Origin: an uncultured Methanosarcinales archaeon
Lineage (GTDB): Archaea > Nanobdellota > Nanobdellia > Woesearchaeales > JAGVZT01
DNA length: 64,000 nt
Direction: 5' to 3'
Assembly (NCBI GenBank): GCA_964419615.1
Contig: CAYQPU010000003.1
Coordinates: 8,054 to 72,053 of the forward strand
In this document: positions 10,338-20,820 of the stretch, piece after piece
Numbering within the stretch: position 1 is the first letter of the stretch
Layout: each line of letters begins with the position of its first letter
Position numbers and translations under genes: made by a program
Notes under the pieces: model-generated
Databases searched by the model: none
Told to the model about the DNA's origin: nothing
Seen by the model: only the letters and a program-made list of their open reading frames with translations

Positions 10338-11519
10338 ATGAAAGTTTATCTTGATAATGGAGCTACAACTAAGGTTGCTCCTGAAGTATTAAAGGAGATG
10401 ATCCCTTATTTTTCAGAAAAGTATGGTAATTCTTCTTCTTTGCATAAGTTTGGGAAAGAAGCAAAAAAAGCAATTGAGCAAGCCAGAGCTACAATAGCTA
10501 AACAGATTAATGCTGATCCCGCTGAAATTATTTTCACATCTGGAGGCACAGAATCTGATAATCTTGCTATAAAAGGAATTGCCTATGCTAATAAGAACAA
10601 AGGTAATCATATTATAACCACTAAATTTGAGCATCCTGCAATTGAAAAGACTTGTGAAATTCTTTTAAAACAAGGATTTGAAGTTACTTTTTTAAACGTG
10701 TCTAAACAAGGTTTTGTCCGTGTTGAGGATGTTAAAGCTGCAATAACAGACAAAACCATATTAGTTAGTATTATGCATGCTAACAACGAGATTGGAACAA
10801 TTCAACCTATTGAAGAAATCGGAAAAATTTGTAAAGATAAAGGAATTTATTTTCACACAGATGCAGTACAAAGTTTTACAAAAATCCCAATTGATGTTAA
10901 AAAAATGAATATAGACTTGGCATCATTTTCTTCTCATAAGATCCACGGTCCAAAAGGAGTTGGTGCTTTATATTTGAAAAGTGGAACTAAGATAGAACCT
11001 CAATCCATAGGAGGATCACATGAATTTGGAAAAAGAGCTGGAACTGAGAATATTTCAGGAATTGTTGGATTTGCAAAAGCTTCGATTATTATTTCACAAG
11101 AAGATATTAATAATATGAAAAGATTAAGAAATAAATTAATAGATTCTCTTTTGGAAATACCACATGTTCAGTTAAATGGTTCTAAGGATAATAGGCTTTG
11201 TAATAATGCAAATTTAAGATTTAATTTAATTGAGGGTGAAGCCATGCTTATTCACTTGGATATGCTAGGAATAGCTGTTTCGACTGGTTCAGCCTGTTCT
11301 GCTAAAGATCTTAAACCAAGTCATGTGTTATTAGCAATTGGTTTATCTCATGATGTAGCACACGGATCTATTAGATTTACATTAAGTAAATTTACAACTG
11401 ATGAAGAAATTGATTATACAATTTCAAAAGTAAAAGAAGTTGTAGACAAGCTTAGGAAGATGAGTCCTTTAAAACCAGGATATAATGCAGATGATTTTCC
11501 AAAACATGATCCCCATTAA
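10338..11519 (+). CDS. iscS: cysteine desulfurase IscS/NifS
   Basis: YLDNGATT, HTDAVQ, SSHKIHGPKG PLP lysine, STGSACS catalytic Cys. Confidence 0.95.
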   Translation: MKVYLDNGATTKVAPEVLKEMIPYFSEKYGNSSSLHKFGKEAKKAIEQARATIAKQINADPAEIIFTSGGTESDNLAIKGIAYANKNKGNHIITTKFEHPAIEKTCEILLKQGFEVTFLNVSKQGFVRVEDVKAAITDKTILVSIMHANNEIGTIQPIEEIGKICKDKGIYFHTDAVQSFTKIPIDVKKMNIDLASFSSHKIHGPKGVGALYLKSGTKIEPQSIGGSHEFGKRAGTENISGIVGFAKASIIISQEDINNMKRLRNKLIDSLLEIPHVQLNGSKDNRLCNNANLRFNLIEGEAMLIHLDMLGIAVSTGSACSAKDLKPSHVLLAIGLSHDVAHGSIRFTLSKFTTDEEIDYTISKVKEVVDKLRKMSPLKPGYNADDFPKHDPH

Positions 11520-11585
11520 ATCTTATTAAATCAAATGTATATCTCTTTGAAAAAGCTTAAATATCATTAGATTACACCTTATTTA

Positions 11586-12020
11586 ATGGAAGAAAATAAC
11601 AACACAAAAAAAGGAGTATCAGCAATTATCTATGATGATAAAGGCAGCAATCACTATTTTTTAATTCTGAGAAGAGCAGATGGTAGAAAAAGGTTTGAGT
11701 TTGTTAAAGGAGACTGTGAACCTGGGGAAGATCCAATTGATGCAGTAAAAAGAATAGTTAAAGAGTTTGCTGGACTTAGGAATTTTGAGGTTAAAGGGAA
11801 TTTGGTTGGAGAAAGGAGTACGGGTTCTGATGATAAGAAATATACAACTTTTTTAGTGGAGGCCAATATGAACGTAGTTGTTGATATTAGTCAATCAGAA
11901 AATCATGATAGCTACCTTTGGACAGCTAAGGAAAATGTTACTGAAAAGCTCATTTTAGATGATGAGATAGCTAGTTTTACACAAGCCTTGAAAATCTTGA
12001 ATTCAGGTCAGCTTAAGTAA
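11586..12020 (+). CDS. NUDIX hydrolase
   Basis: degenerate Nudix box FVKGDCEPGEDPIDAVKRIVKEFAG; ENHDSYLW. Confidence 0.75.
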   Translation: MEENNNTKKGVSAIIYDDKGSNHYFLILRRADGRKRFEFVKGDCEPGEDPIDAVKRIVKEFAGLRNFEVKGNLVGERSTGSDDKKYTTFLVEANMNVVVDISQSENHDSYLWTAKENVTEKLILDDEIASFTQALKILNSGQLK

Positions 12021-12026
12021 TAGTTA

Positions 12027-12365
12027 CTACATTGCTAATAAATCCGGAACTTCTTCCACATAAAACCCAAAATGATTTACAAAACTTTCTACTAATTCAG
12101 GATTTTTAGACTCAATTAGTTTTAACAAGTCTGTTGTAACACAAAAAGTACATACTTTTACTTGTTCTCCACATAAAATACACTTTGTTGATGTCTCTTG
12201 AGCATGTTTATCCATTACTGTATCAACTAAAGGTGCAATTGAGGGAGCTCTTTCACATACCCACACTGTTAATTGTTCTTTTAGGCAATCTACACAGATT
12301 GGATTTGTGATTGAATCCTCACAACTGACACATAATGCTTCCCAATTTTGGTGTTTGTTTTCCAT
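12027..12365 (-). CDS. Cys-rich probable Zn-binding hypothetical protein
   Basis: CVSC..ITNPICVDC and CILC..VCTFC; ATG 12365 preceded by GAGGGG SD. Confidence 0.65.
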   Translation of the reverse strand: MENKHQNWEALCVSCEDSITNPICVDCLKEQLTVWVCERAPSIAPLVDTVMDKHAQETSTKCILCGEQVKVCTFCVTTDLLKLIESKNPELVESFVNHFGFYVEEVPDLLAM

Positions 12366-12659
12366 TTTCCCCTCATAGCTCACAAAACACCTGGGTACAG
12401 ATTGATTAGAACAACAATCAAAGATTTCTGCAATCCCAGGCACCGACCCGAGCTCACATATCTTTGATATCTTTTGTGTATTTGATGGTATCCACACATA
12501 AAGATACATCTACCAGAAAGTTAAAAATAATATCTGTATGTGCAAACATAAGCTTAAAGATAATTATAAGGTATAAATACTTTTCGTAATTTTTTCCAAA
12601 AAATAATCTATATTTTTATTAAGGAAATATTTAAAAGCTATTTTGGGTTTGTTTATTAT

Positions 12660-12854
12660 ATGAAGGTATATATTGAATATAATGATGAAGAAAAAGAAGT
12701 TGATTTTCAGGGTACTGCAAAGGATCTTTTAAAGCAACTAAATATAAATCCAATTACTGTAGTTCTTGTGAAAAACAATAAATTAGTTTCAGAGAAAACA
12801 ACTTTTAATAATAAAGATAGCTTAAGAATACTTTCAGTTGTCTCTGGAGGTTAA
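12660..12854 (+). CDS. ThiS/MoaD/SAMP ubiquitin-like sulfur carrier
   Basis: 64 aa beta-grasp size, C-terminal VVSGG. Confidence 0.88.
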   Translation: MKVYIEYNDEEKEVDFQGTAKDLLKQLNINPITVVLVKNNKLVSEKTTFNNKDSLRILSVVSGG

Positions 12855-13526
12855 AGTAATTCCGTCAATAATCTTATTTCCTTTTTTGTAATCAATATTA
12901 TCCTTAATTTTATTGTGTGTATTATTTACTACATTTTTTGATTCCAAGGTATTCATACCAAGCATCACAGCCACACTTTTAATATCATTTTCTGATCTCA
13001 TCTCCCATTTATTATATGCAAAAGATGCTAGCAATAAGTCTACATTGTATTTTCTACAATATTTAACATTTTGATTAATCCTTCCTATTCTTTCTTTGGA
13101 TTTATTGTTAAGAATATCTGAGAAAGAAAAACCAATCATTATTTTATTCTTATTGGCAAGCTTGCATAAAACTTGATTAAGACCTGCTCTTTTATAATGG
13201 ACTTTGTCAGATCTTTTATCAGACTCCAAATTATATATAATATCTGGTTTGTATTTTTCAAAAGCTTCCCTGTTTTGGGTACTAGATTTCACAATTACTA
13301 AATCTGCTAGTTTTCTAGCTTTTGATGCTTGTTTTGGCTTTACCAACAGTCCCAAATAAATTTGCATGTCACTTTTTTTATTTAATTCCATGATTCTTTG
13401 CTGAATCTTGCTTATATTATTAGGTTGATAATCATAAACAAAGCAAATACCTTTGATTTCTAGAGCAGAGCATGTACTAAGAAAATCTTTTTCATTATTA
13501 TTTGGAAATACAATATCTACGTACAT
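12834..13526 (-). CDS. rnp3: RNase P protein subunit Rpp30
   Basis: GLNQVLCKLA.KNKIMIGFSFSDIL, ASFAYNKWEMRS pattern. Confidence 0.8.
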   Translation of the reverse strand: MYVDIVFPNNNEKDFLSTCSALEIKGICFVYDYQPNNISKIQQRIMELNKKSDMQIYLGLLVKPKQASKARKLADLVIVKSSTQNREAFEKYKPDIIYNLESDKRSDKVHYKRAGLNQVLCKLANKNKIMIGFSFSDILNNKSKERIGRINQNVKYCRKYNVDLLLASFAYNKWEMRSENDIKSVAVMLGMNTLESKNVVNNTHNKIKDNIDYKKGNKIIDGITLTSRDN

Positions 13527-13540
13527 ATTTAATTCTAATC

Positions 13541-14431
13541 TTATTTTTTATTTAAAATTGTTGGTTTAATTTGATTAACTAATACACAACAGCTACATAT
13601 CTCTCCTGTACTTGGTTCTCCACACTCCTTACAATGTGTTAGTTTTGTTTTGACATTATGAATTGCTGATAAATCAAGTTTCAAGTAATTATTAATAAGA
13701 TTAATTTTAGCTCCCTGATTTATTAATTCATAATTATTCAAAATATCTCTAACCTTACTCCTAATAGAGCTTGATGCATATGGACATTCAATATGCCTAA
13801 TATTAAATTCTTTAATAAAACTGTAGATTTTAACTTCTTTTTCAGAAATAAAATAAAGTGGTTTTACTCTTGGAACAAATTTTTCATCTTGTATTACTCC
13901 AGATACAGGACCTAATCTAACAAGTGAGTTCATATTTGTTTTTAGCAGATTCATTAAGACATTTTGAGCTTCATCATCAAGGTTATGTCCAGTAACAAGT
14001 TTATCATATTCTCTTGCATATTTATTAATCATGTATCTTCTGAATGTACCACAAACAGTACATAATCTTTTTTTATCCACTTGGTCTAAATCAAAACCAA
14101 ATTCTTCTTTGAATGAAATTACCTTAAGTTTAATTTTATGTTTTTGGCAGAATTCTTTTAAGTCTTCTAATGTATATTTTCTGTATCCTTTGATACCTTC
14201 ATCAATAGCTAGTGCTTCAACATTTTCAAACACTTTGCTAACTAAATAAAGCGCAACTGTTGAGTCTTTACCTCCACTACATGCAACAGCAATTTTGTCT
14301 GAAGATTTTATTAGATTATATTTATTGATGGTCTCATAGAACCTTTTTTCAAAAAACTCAATAAAGTGATCTGTACAATAAGCCTTGTCTGTTTCATAAA
14401 TTGAATCCTTTTTACAACAACTGCATTTCAT
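13541..14431 (-). CDS. ttuA: tRNA 2-thiolation protein TtuA/NcsA
   Basis: N-terminal Zn finger, SGGKDS PP-loop, CxxC, GHNLDD, CPYA, C-terminal CxxC..CxxC. Confidence 0.9.
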   Translation of the reverse strand: MKCSCCKKDSIYETDKAYCTDHFIEFFEKRFYETINKYNLIKSSDKIAVACSGGKDSTVALYLVSKVFENVEALAIDEGIKGYRKYTLEDLKEFCQKHKIKLKVISFKEEFGFDLDQVDKKRLCTVCGTFRRYMINKYAREYDKLVTGHNLDDEAQNVLMNLLKTNMNSLVRLGPVSGVIQDEKFVPRVKPLYFISEKEVKIYSFIKEFNIRHIECPYASSSIRSKVRDILNNYELINQGAKINLINNYLKLDLSAIHNVKTKLTHCKECGEPSTGEICSCCVLVNQIKPTILNKK

Positions 14432-14463
14432 GTTTTACCTTTTGTTTCACTAAATAGATTTTA

Positions 14464-15390
14464 TTATGTGGGATTTATAAAAACCAAATCTTTTTTAATT
14501 ATTCTAGTTAATGGTTTGTTATTATTATATATTACTGCTCCTTTTGGAGTTATTTTAATTATGTTACCTTCAACAAGTTTTTGTAATACAACATTTCCCT
14601 GTTTAGTATTTATAAATTGAGAGTTAGGAGTATCTGCATGGTAATAAACTGTTTTGTATTTTAATAGAGTTTCATTTTCATAATGACCATTAAATGAAAA
14701 GGAAACACTATCTCCTACTGTTCTATGTGGAGATTTATCTTTATACAAAATTAATAAAGGCATTTTTAAGATTTTATTATATTGTGAATGTAATTCTGGA
14801 AATCTTTTTTCAACAAATAAGAGTACTCTTTGTGCATAATCAATAGATTCTTGACAATTATAATTACACACATAGTGCCTTATTATTGATAAGTTTGAAC
14901 CACCTCTATTGTAAAAATTATTTATTCTGTAATCAATTTCATTTACTTTATCAATTTGAAAAAAATCAGTATATGACTTGTTTATCCAAGATGCCCTTGT
15001 ACAGCAAATTGGATAGGATAAGCCTTCTCCAACCTCATCACAGTATTCTTTTGGAGATTTATAATATTTGTCAAATTGTTTTAGATTTTCTCCTCTTTGT
15101 CCAATAAATACATTGTACTTATAGTCTACATTGTGTTTTTTTATCCAATGATAACCTTTTGTTGTTAATGAACAGAATTTTTTTGTAGGATCTAATGTAT
15201 GTAACATATCTAATAGTTTTTTTGCCAGATAAGGATCTGAAGTTTCCAATGCTGCAATATTTTTCACACCAGATATTAATCCAATAAATTCTGAAAGATA
15301 CCCTGATAATAAAGGTCTTGAATTATACCTAAGTTGAAAAAACAAATCTTTTATATTACCATGAATGCTTACTTGTTTGTTTGAATGCAT
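14464..15390 (-). CDS. hypothetical protein, DUF483-like Cys motifs
   Basis: LSYPICC and HYVCNYNCQES motifs; very AT-rich. Confidence 0.45.
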   Translation of the reverse strand: MHSNKQVSIHGNIKDLFFQLRYNSRPLLSGYLSEFIGLISGVKNIAALETSDPYLAKKLLDMLHTLDPTKKFCSLTTKGYHWIKKHNVDYKYNVFIGQRGENLKQFDKYYKSPKEYCDEVGEGLSYPICCTRASWINKSYTDFFQIDKVNEIDYRINNFYNRGGSNLSIIRHYVCNYNCQESIDYAQRVLLFVEKRFPELHSQYNKILKMPLLILYKDKSPHRTVGDSVSFSFNGHYENETLLKYKTVYYHADTPNSQFINTKQGNVVLQKLVEGNIIKITPKGAVIYNNNKPLTRIIKKDLVFINPT

Positions 15391-15480
15391 CTTAAGCTTT
15401 AGTTGTTATAATTAACTATATAATCATTTCTTTGATCCTATTAAAAAGATTTATAAAACATCCTTAATTAACTTTAGATC

Positions 15481-16890
15481 ATGCAAAAGGACCTAGCTGA
15501 TTTCGCAGTTTCATATGCTCAAAGATTAGGAGCAAGTTATGCTGAAGCTAGATTGGAAAGCTCAAAAAGTAACTCTTTTTTGTTAAAAAATGGTAATCTT
15601 GAATCCTCAGGTTTTTCAGATATTAATGGACTTGGGATACGTTTAATATGTAAAAAAGGATTAGGATTTGTATCAACCAATAATTTAGAAAAATCCAAGA
15701 TTAAAGGTCTTATTAATACTGCAATAAACTCAGCAAAATCTTCATCTCATAGAGAGGAAGTTACTTTGGCTGAAGATACATCAAATAAAAAGAAGTATGA
15801 AGTTAAACAAAAGATCAAATTAGCTGATGTTGATCCTTCTGAAAAAATTCAACTTTTGTTGGATGCAGAAAAAGCGATTAAAGAAACAGGAATCAAAACA
15901 CCAGGAAGGTACTTTACATTAAATGATCACACAACAACTGAATATCTTGTTAATTCAGAAGGAACTCAATTACTTGCAAGTGTTCCAAAGGTTGCATTTA
16001 TGTATTTTTTAACAATAACCAAAGGAGACCAATCTGTTCAAAGATATTGGCAATATGGTAATTCTGGAGGTTTTGAATTTGTAAAGGGTTGGAATATTAG
16101 TGAATTAGTTGCAAGTGAGGTTAAAGCTTGTTATGATAATCTTAAGAATGGGAAAAAACTCAAAAAAGAGAAATTAGATGTAATTGCAGCTCCTCAAGTT
16201 GTGGGAATTATGGTTCATGAAAGTGTTGGTCATCCATATGAGGCAGATAGAATCTTGGGAAGAGAGGGAGCTCAGGCAGGAGAGTCGTTTGTGACACCTG
16301 ATATGATTGGACAAAAAATTGGAAGTGATGTTGTAACAGTTGTTGATGACCCTACTGTTGAGAACAGTTATGGTTATTATTTATATGATAACGAAGGTGT
16401 TAAAGCAAAAAGAAAATACTTAATGAAAAATGGATTAATAAATGAATTTTTACATAATCGACAGACAGCTGTTCCAATGGGAGTTAAAAGTAATGGTTCC
16501 TCCAGATCAGTAGATTATGATAAAGAAAGTATTGTTAGAATGTCTAATACTTTTATGCTTCCATCAAAACAAACAGAGGAAGAATTAATTGAAGATATTA
16601 AAAGAGGAGTTTACATTAAGAATTTCATGGAATGGAACATTGATGATAAAAGAGTTAACCAAAAATATGTAGGGGCTGAAGCATACTTGATTGAAAATGG
16701 TCAATTGGGAGCTCCTGTAAAAAGCCCAGTAATGGAAGTTTCAACTTTTGATTTGTACAAAGCTGTTGATGCAGTAGCAAATAATATGGAATATCACGCA
16801 GGTAATTGTGGTAAAGGTGAACCAATGCAGGCAATCCCTGTATGGTTTGGGGGACCTTCAATTAGATTAAGGGGATTGTGGATAAAATGA
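15481..16890 (+). CDS. tldD: TldD-family metalloprotease
   Basis: HESVGHPYEAD (HExxxH), DxEGV, RMSNT, GKGEP. Confidence 0.92.
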   Translation: MQKDLADFAVSYAQRLGASYAEARLESSKSNSFLLKNGNLESSGFSDINGLGIRLICKKGLGFVSTNNLEKSKIKGLINTAINSAKSSSHREEVTLAEDTSNKKKYEVKQKIKLADVDPSEKIQLLLDAEKAIKETGIKTPGRYFTLNDHTTTEYLVNSEGTQLLASVPKVAFMYFLTITKGDQSVQRYWQYGNSGGFEFVKGWNISELVASEVKACYDNLKNGKKLKKEKLDVIAAPQVVGIMVHESVGHPYEADRILGREGAQAGESFVTPDMIGQKIGSDVVTVVDDPTVENSYGYYLYDNEGVKAKRKYLMKNGLINEFLHNRQTAVPMGVKSNGSSRSVDYDKESIVRMSNTFMLPSKQTEEELIEDIKRGVYIKNFMEWNIDDKRVNQKYVGAEAYLIENGQLGAPVKSPVMEVSTFDLYKAVDAVANNMEYHAGNCGKGEPMQAIPVWFGGPSIRLRGLWIK

Positions 16891-18215
16891 GAGATGTTGC
16901 AAAGCAGGTTATGAATACCCTTTTAAAAAAAGGAGCTGATGATGTAGCAATTCTTGCTTCATCAAGTAGAGCCTCTCAAATTAAGTATTCTAATAGTCAT
17001 ATTAATGCCACTAAAAATTGGGAATTAGAATTTCTAAATATTTTTTTGGCAAAAGATAGAAGACTTGTTTCAACAACCCTTAGAGATCTATCTAAACAGT
17101 CAGCTGAAAAAGCAGCTGATAAACTAATAAAATTTGCAAAGTCTGCACCTGAGAACAAGTCGTATAGGGGAATTGCGCAAGGTCCTTTTGAGTATCCAAA
17201 TATTAAAGATACTTATGATTCTACTATAGATGAACTTGGTGCAGGATGTATTACAAAGGTTGAAGAGGCATTAGAACTTGCTGATGAACTTGGAGCTAAA
17301 AGAGCTGCAGGTGTTTTTGAATCATATTCAGATAAATCCTATGTTCTTACTTCAAACAATGTAGAAGCAGAGCAAAAAGGAACTGGAGTTTATTTTTCAA
17401 TAAGAGGTTTTGCATCAAAACATGCTTCTGGACATATGGTTGCAGTTGCAAGAAAACTAGATTTACTTGAGATGGAACAGGCAGTTAGAAAGGCAGTGCA
17501 AATTGCAAAAGACTCACAGAATCCAAAAACCGTAGATACTGGAAAATATGATATCTTATTTGATCACTTGCCCTTTTCAAATTTAATTGATTATTTTGGA
17601 AATGCAACATCCATTTTTTCAGTAGAAGCAGGATTATCCTGTCTTGCAAATAAGGTTGGAGAACAAGTAGCTTGTCCAGAATTTAATTTAAGTGACGATG
17701 GCACATTTACTAATGGTTTTAGTTCAACAAAATTTGATGAAGAAGGAGCTCCAACAAGAAATACACCTATTGTTGAGAATGGAGTCTTAAAAACCTATCT
17801 ACATAATACCTCATCTGCAATTAGACACAATACAAAAACTACAGCTAATGCAGGGATTGTATCACCTGATCCACATAATCTTGTTTTACAAGCAGGAAAT
17901 TATTCTAAGGATGAGTTAATTAGTTCAATTGACAAAGGTATCTATATTACTAATATTTGGTATACCAGGTTTCAAAACTATCATACTGGTGATTTTTCAA
18001 CAATTCCAAGAGATGGTGCATTTTTAATTGAAAATGGAAAAATTGTTCATCCTGTTAAAGATATTAGACTGAGTGATAATCTGTTAAATATAATGAAGTC
18101 TGTGTCTAAGCTAGGAAAAGAAAGAAAACAAGTGTATGGTTGGGAAGTTGAAACTCCAACTATAACTCCAATGGCTGTAGTAAGTGATGTTAGTATTACT
18201 AAGTCTGAAAGGTAA
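16878..18215 (+). CDS. pmbA: PmbA/TldE-family partner subunit
   Basis: FDEEG, same fold without HExxxH; directly follows tldD. Confidence 0.88.
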   Translation: MDKMRDVAKQVMNTLLKKGADDVAILASSSRASQIKYSNSHINATKNWELEFLNIFLAKDRRLVSTTLRDLSKQSAEKAADKLIKFAKSAPENKSYRGIAQGPFEYPNIKDTYDSTIDELGAGCITKVEEALELADELGAKRAAGVFESYSDKSYVLTSNNVEAEQKGTGVYFSIRGFASKHASGHMVAVARKLDLLEMEQAVRKAVQIAKDSQNPKTVDTGKYDILFDHLPFSNLIDYFGNATSIFSVEAGLSCLANKVGEQVACPEFNLSDDGTFTNGFSSTKFDEEGAPTRNTPIVENGVLKTYLHNTSSAIRHNTKTTANAGIVSPDPHNLVLQAGNYSKDELISSIDKGIYITNIWYTRFQNYHTGDFSTIPRDGAFLIENGKIVHPVKDIRLSDNLLNIMKSVSKLGKERKQVYGWEVETPTITPMAVVSDVSITKSER

Positions 18216-18219
18216 AATC

Positions 18220-19356
18220 ATGGAAGATAAAACAAAAAAATTAGAAGATGCATTTTACAGTTTTTCAACTAATTTTCCTTCTATTGAAGAAGAAAATAAG
18301 ATGTTAAAGCAAACTGTAGCAAGACAAAGGGATGAACTGAACAAATTTAGAAATCCTCCTTTATTAGTTGCGGAAGTAAAAGAGATTAATAAAGATAAGG
18401 CTATGGTCAGGCTTCCAAATGGTAATATGTTTTATGTAAATATGAGTGAATCTTGTAAAGGATTAAAACCAGGAGATTTTGCACTTGCAGAGCAAAAAAA
18501 TCTTACTTTGATAAAAAAAGTTCCTCTGACTCAAAAGTTTAATGTGGAAAAATTTGTTATTATGGAAAAACCAATAATAGGCTGGGAAGATATTGGAGGT
18601 TTAGATGAGGCGATTGAGGAAATTAAAGAAGTTATTGAATTACCTTTGAAAAAACCAGAATTATTTGAAAAAATAGGAATTACTCCTCCAAAAGCAATTT
18701 TGCTTTATGGCCCGCCAGGTACTGGTAAAACTTTGCTTGCTAAGGCTGTGGCAAAATCAACAGACTCTACGTTTATTGAAATAGTTGGTTCAGAGTTAGT
18801 ACAAAAGTTTATTGGAGAAGGAGCAAAACTTGTTAAAGAAATTTTCGAGTTGGCAAGAAACAAATCTCCTTCAATCATATTTATTGATGAGCTTGATGCA
18901 ATTGCTGCAACAAGAATTGAAATTGGAACTTCTGGTGAACGGGAAGTACAAAGAACTTTTATGCAGCTCTTAGCAGAAATTGACGGTTTCAAACCACTTG
19001 GAGATGTTAAAGTGATTGGATGCACAAACAGAAGAGATGTGTTAGATCCAGCTGTTTTACGGCCAGGCAGACTTGATAGGCAGATTCAGGTTTCAATTCC
19101 AGATAAAAAAGCTCAAAAAGAAATTTTCAAAATTCACACAAAAAGAATGAAAATTGAGAAATTTGATATTAAAAAATTATTACCTAAAATGGAAGACTTT
19201 TCTGGAGCTGAAATCAGAGCAATGTGCACAGAAGCAGGTTATTTTGCTATAAGATCAAATAGAAAGAAAGTCAAATTACAAGACTTCTTGGATGCAGTAG
19301 ATAAAGTTAAGCAAAGGGAAGATCTTGATGAAAGTTACTTGAAAATGTTTGGGTAA
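18220..19356 (+). CDS. pan: proteasome-activating nucleotidase
   Basis: coiled coil + OB + AAA ([31 protein letters not shown]); start at ATG 18220. Confidence 0.93.
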   Translation: MEDKTKKLEDAFYSFSTNFPSIEEENKMLKQTVARQRDELNKFRNPPLLVAEVKEINKDKAMVRLPNGNMFYVNMSESCKGLKPGDFALAEQKNLTLIKKVPLTQKFNVEKFVIMEKPIIGWEDIGGLDEAIEEIKEVIELPLKKPELFEKIGITPPKAILLYGPPGTGKTLLAKAVAKSTDSTFIEIVGSELVQKFIGEGAKLVKEIFELARNKSPSIIFIDELDAIAATRIEIGTSGEREVQRTFMQLLAEIDGFKPLGDVKVIGCTNRRDVLDPAVLRPGRLDRQIQVSIPDKKAQKEIFKIHTKRMKIEKFDIKKLLPKMEDFSGAEIRAMCTEAGYFAIRSNRKKVKLQDFLDAVDKVKQREDLDESYLKMFG

Positions 19357-19527
19357 ACAAAGGTTTACTTGAGAATAGATATTTCTATGCTTTCAGCTAT
19401 GCTGAAAGTTAGGAACAGAGCAAAGTGGAGTGAGATTATCTTTGTTATCTATTTTAAAGTAGTAAAATATCTAAAGATTTATATATTTTTATGGTTTCTT
19501 AGAGATTAATTTAAAGGTTTGATAAAA

Positions 19528-20781
19528 ATGTCTTTAGTATCAAGAGTTGACAAATTAGTAAAAGCACCAGGGAATTGGTTTAGAGGTTGGTATAAAACTA
19601 ATGTTCTCAATTCAAAAAAAGGCAAGAATCGGGCTGAGGTTGCTTATTGGTCTTTAGCTGAAACTGTCACAGTGCTTGACCAATTTGCTGAAGATGTTGC
19701 TGAAGGTCATGGTGCTGATTTTGGGACATTTGTTAATGGAGGAACTGTAACACTGGGAGCACTTCTTTTTATTGAAAAATTAGCTGATGCAGTTGAAGGT
19801 GATGTTAAAGCTGATAAGGGAGTTTCAAGTGTCAAATATAAATTTGCATATGGAGTATCTGAATCTGTTAGTTTAGCTCAATATGCCTATTCAAGATTTA
19901 GTTATATTTCAACAGGCATTATGTTTGTTACTCCATTAATTGCTCCATTTCTTGGAGAAGGAGCTTATCCAGTAGTTTATGCAACATTTGAAATAATGGA
20001 ATTTTTTTACAATAGAAATTTTGGAATCTCTTTTATTCATGGATATGTTGCGGATTTTATGGCAAAAAAGGAACCAAATGCAAGATCTGGAACTGCAAGA
20101 AAGAAAACAGCAAAAAAGACTTCAAGTAGAAAATCAAGTTCTAGAAAAAGTACATCAAGGAAGAGTACTGCTCGAAAAAGTAGTTCAAGAACTTCTACTG
20201 AGAAAAAGCCAGGAAGAGGTATAAAAGGAATACTTCCTAAATTGGGTAGAAAAGCCAAAGAAGAAGAATCTTCTTCCCAAACAGGAACATATAGTCGCGT
20301 TAGTAGAAATGCTGCTGCGTCATCAGGTAAATATTCTGATACACAATTAAATAGGCTTGTTAATACTGCATACAATAATGGAATCAATTTTTATGAATCA
20401 GGAGACATAGATAGAGGTACTGCAATATCAAGTAGATATTTAACAAGACAGATTACAAATAATGCTCGTGCACTACAAGTAGCTAAAGGTTTACTTGAAC
20501 AAAAGATAGAAGATTCATTGGGAAGTCAAGATCCAACTTATCATCCTGTTGGATCTGATCGAAATCGTCAAAGCCAAACAGAGGCAGGCTATAGTAAACT
20601 AGTAGATGAAGCGCACAGAACATTTATCCGTCAATATCGTAATGATAAAAAAGAATTAAAAAATCAGATGATGACATATATTGCACAGGATATAGATGAT
20701 AATACAGTTTTATTAGAGATTGAAAAACTTGTTAATCAAAAAATAATTGGTCCAAGCGGAGGAAGAAAACGTAGAAGGTAA
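19528..20781 (+). CDS. hypothetical protein with hydrophobic N-half and Lys/Arg/Ser repeat tract
   Basis: long ORF; SSRKS/STSRK/STARK repeats at about 20090-20200. Confidence 0.75.
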   Translation: MSLVSRVDKLVKAPGNWFRGWYKTNVLNSKKGKNRAEVAYWSLAETVTVLDQFAEDVAEGHGADFGTFVNGGTVTLGALLFIEKLADAVEGDVKADKGVSSVKYKFAYGVSESVSLAQYAYSRFSYISTGIMFVTPLIAPFLGEGAYPVVYATFEIMEFFYNRNFGISFIHGYVADFMAKKEPNARSGTARKKTAKKTSSRKSSSRKSTSRKSTARKSSSRTSTEKKPGRGIKGILPKLGRKAKEEESSSQTGTYSRVSRNAAASSGKYSDTQLNRLVNTAYNNGINFYESGDIDRGTAISSRYLTRQITNNARALQVAKGLLEQKIEDSLGSQDPTYHPVGSDRNRQSQTEAGYSKLVDEAHRTFIRQYRNDKKELKNQMMTYIAQDIDDNTVLLEIEKLVNQKIIGPSGGRKRRR

Positions 20782-20820
20782 TGAAAATTTAATCATCCCT
20801 TTACTGATTTTAAATTGAAA

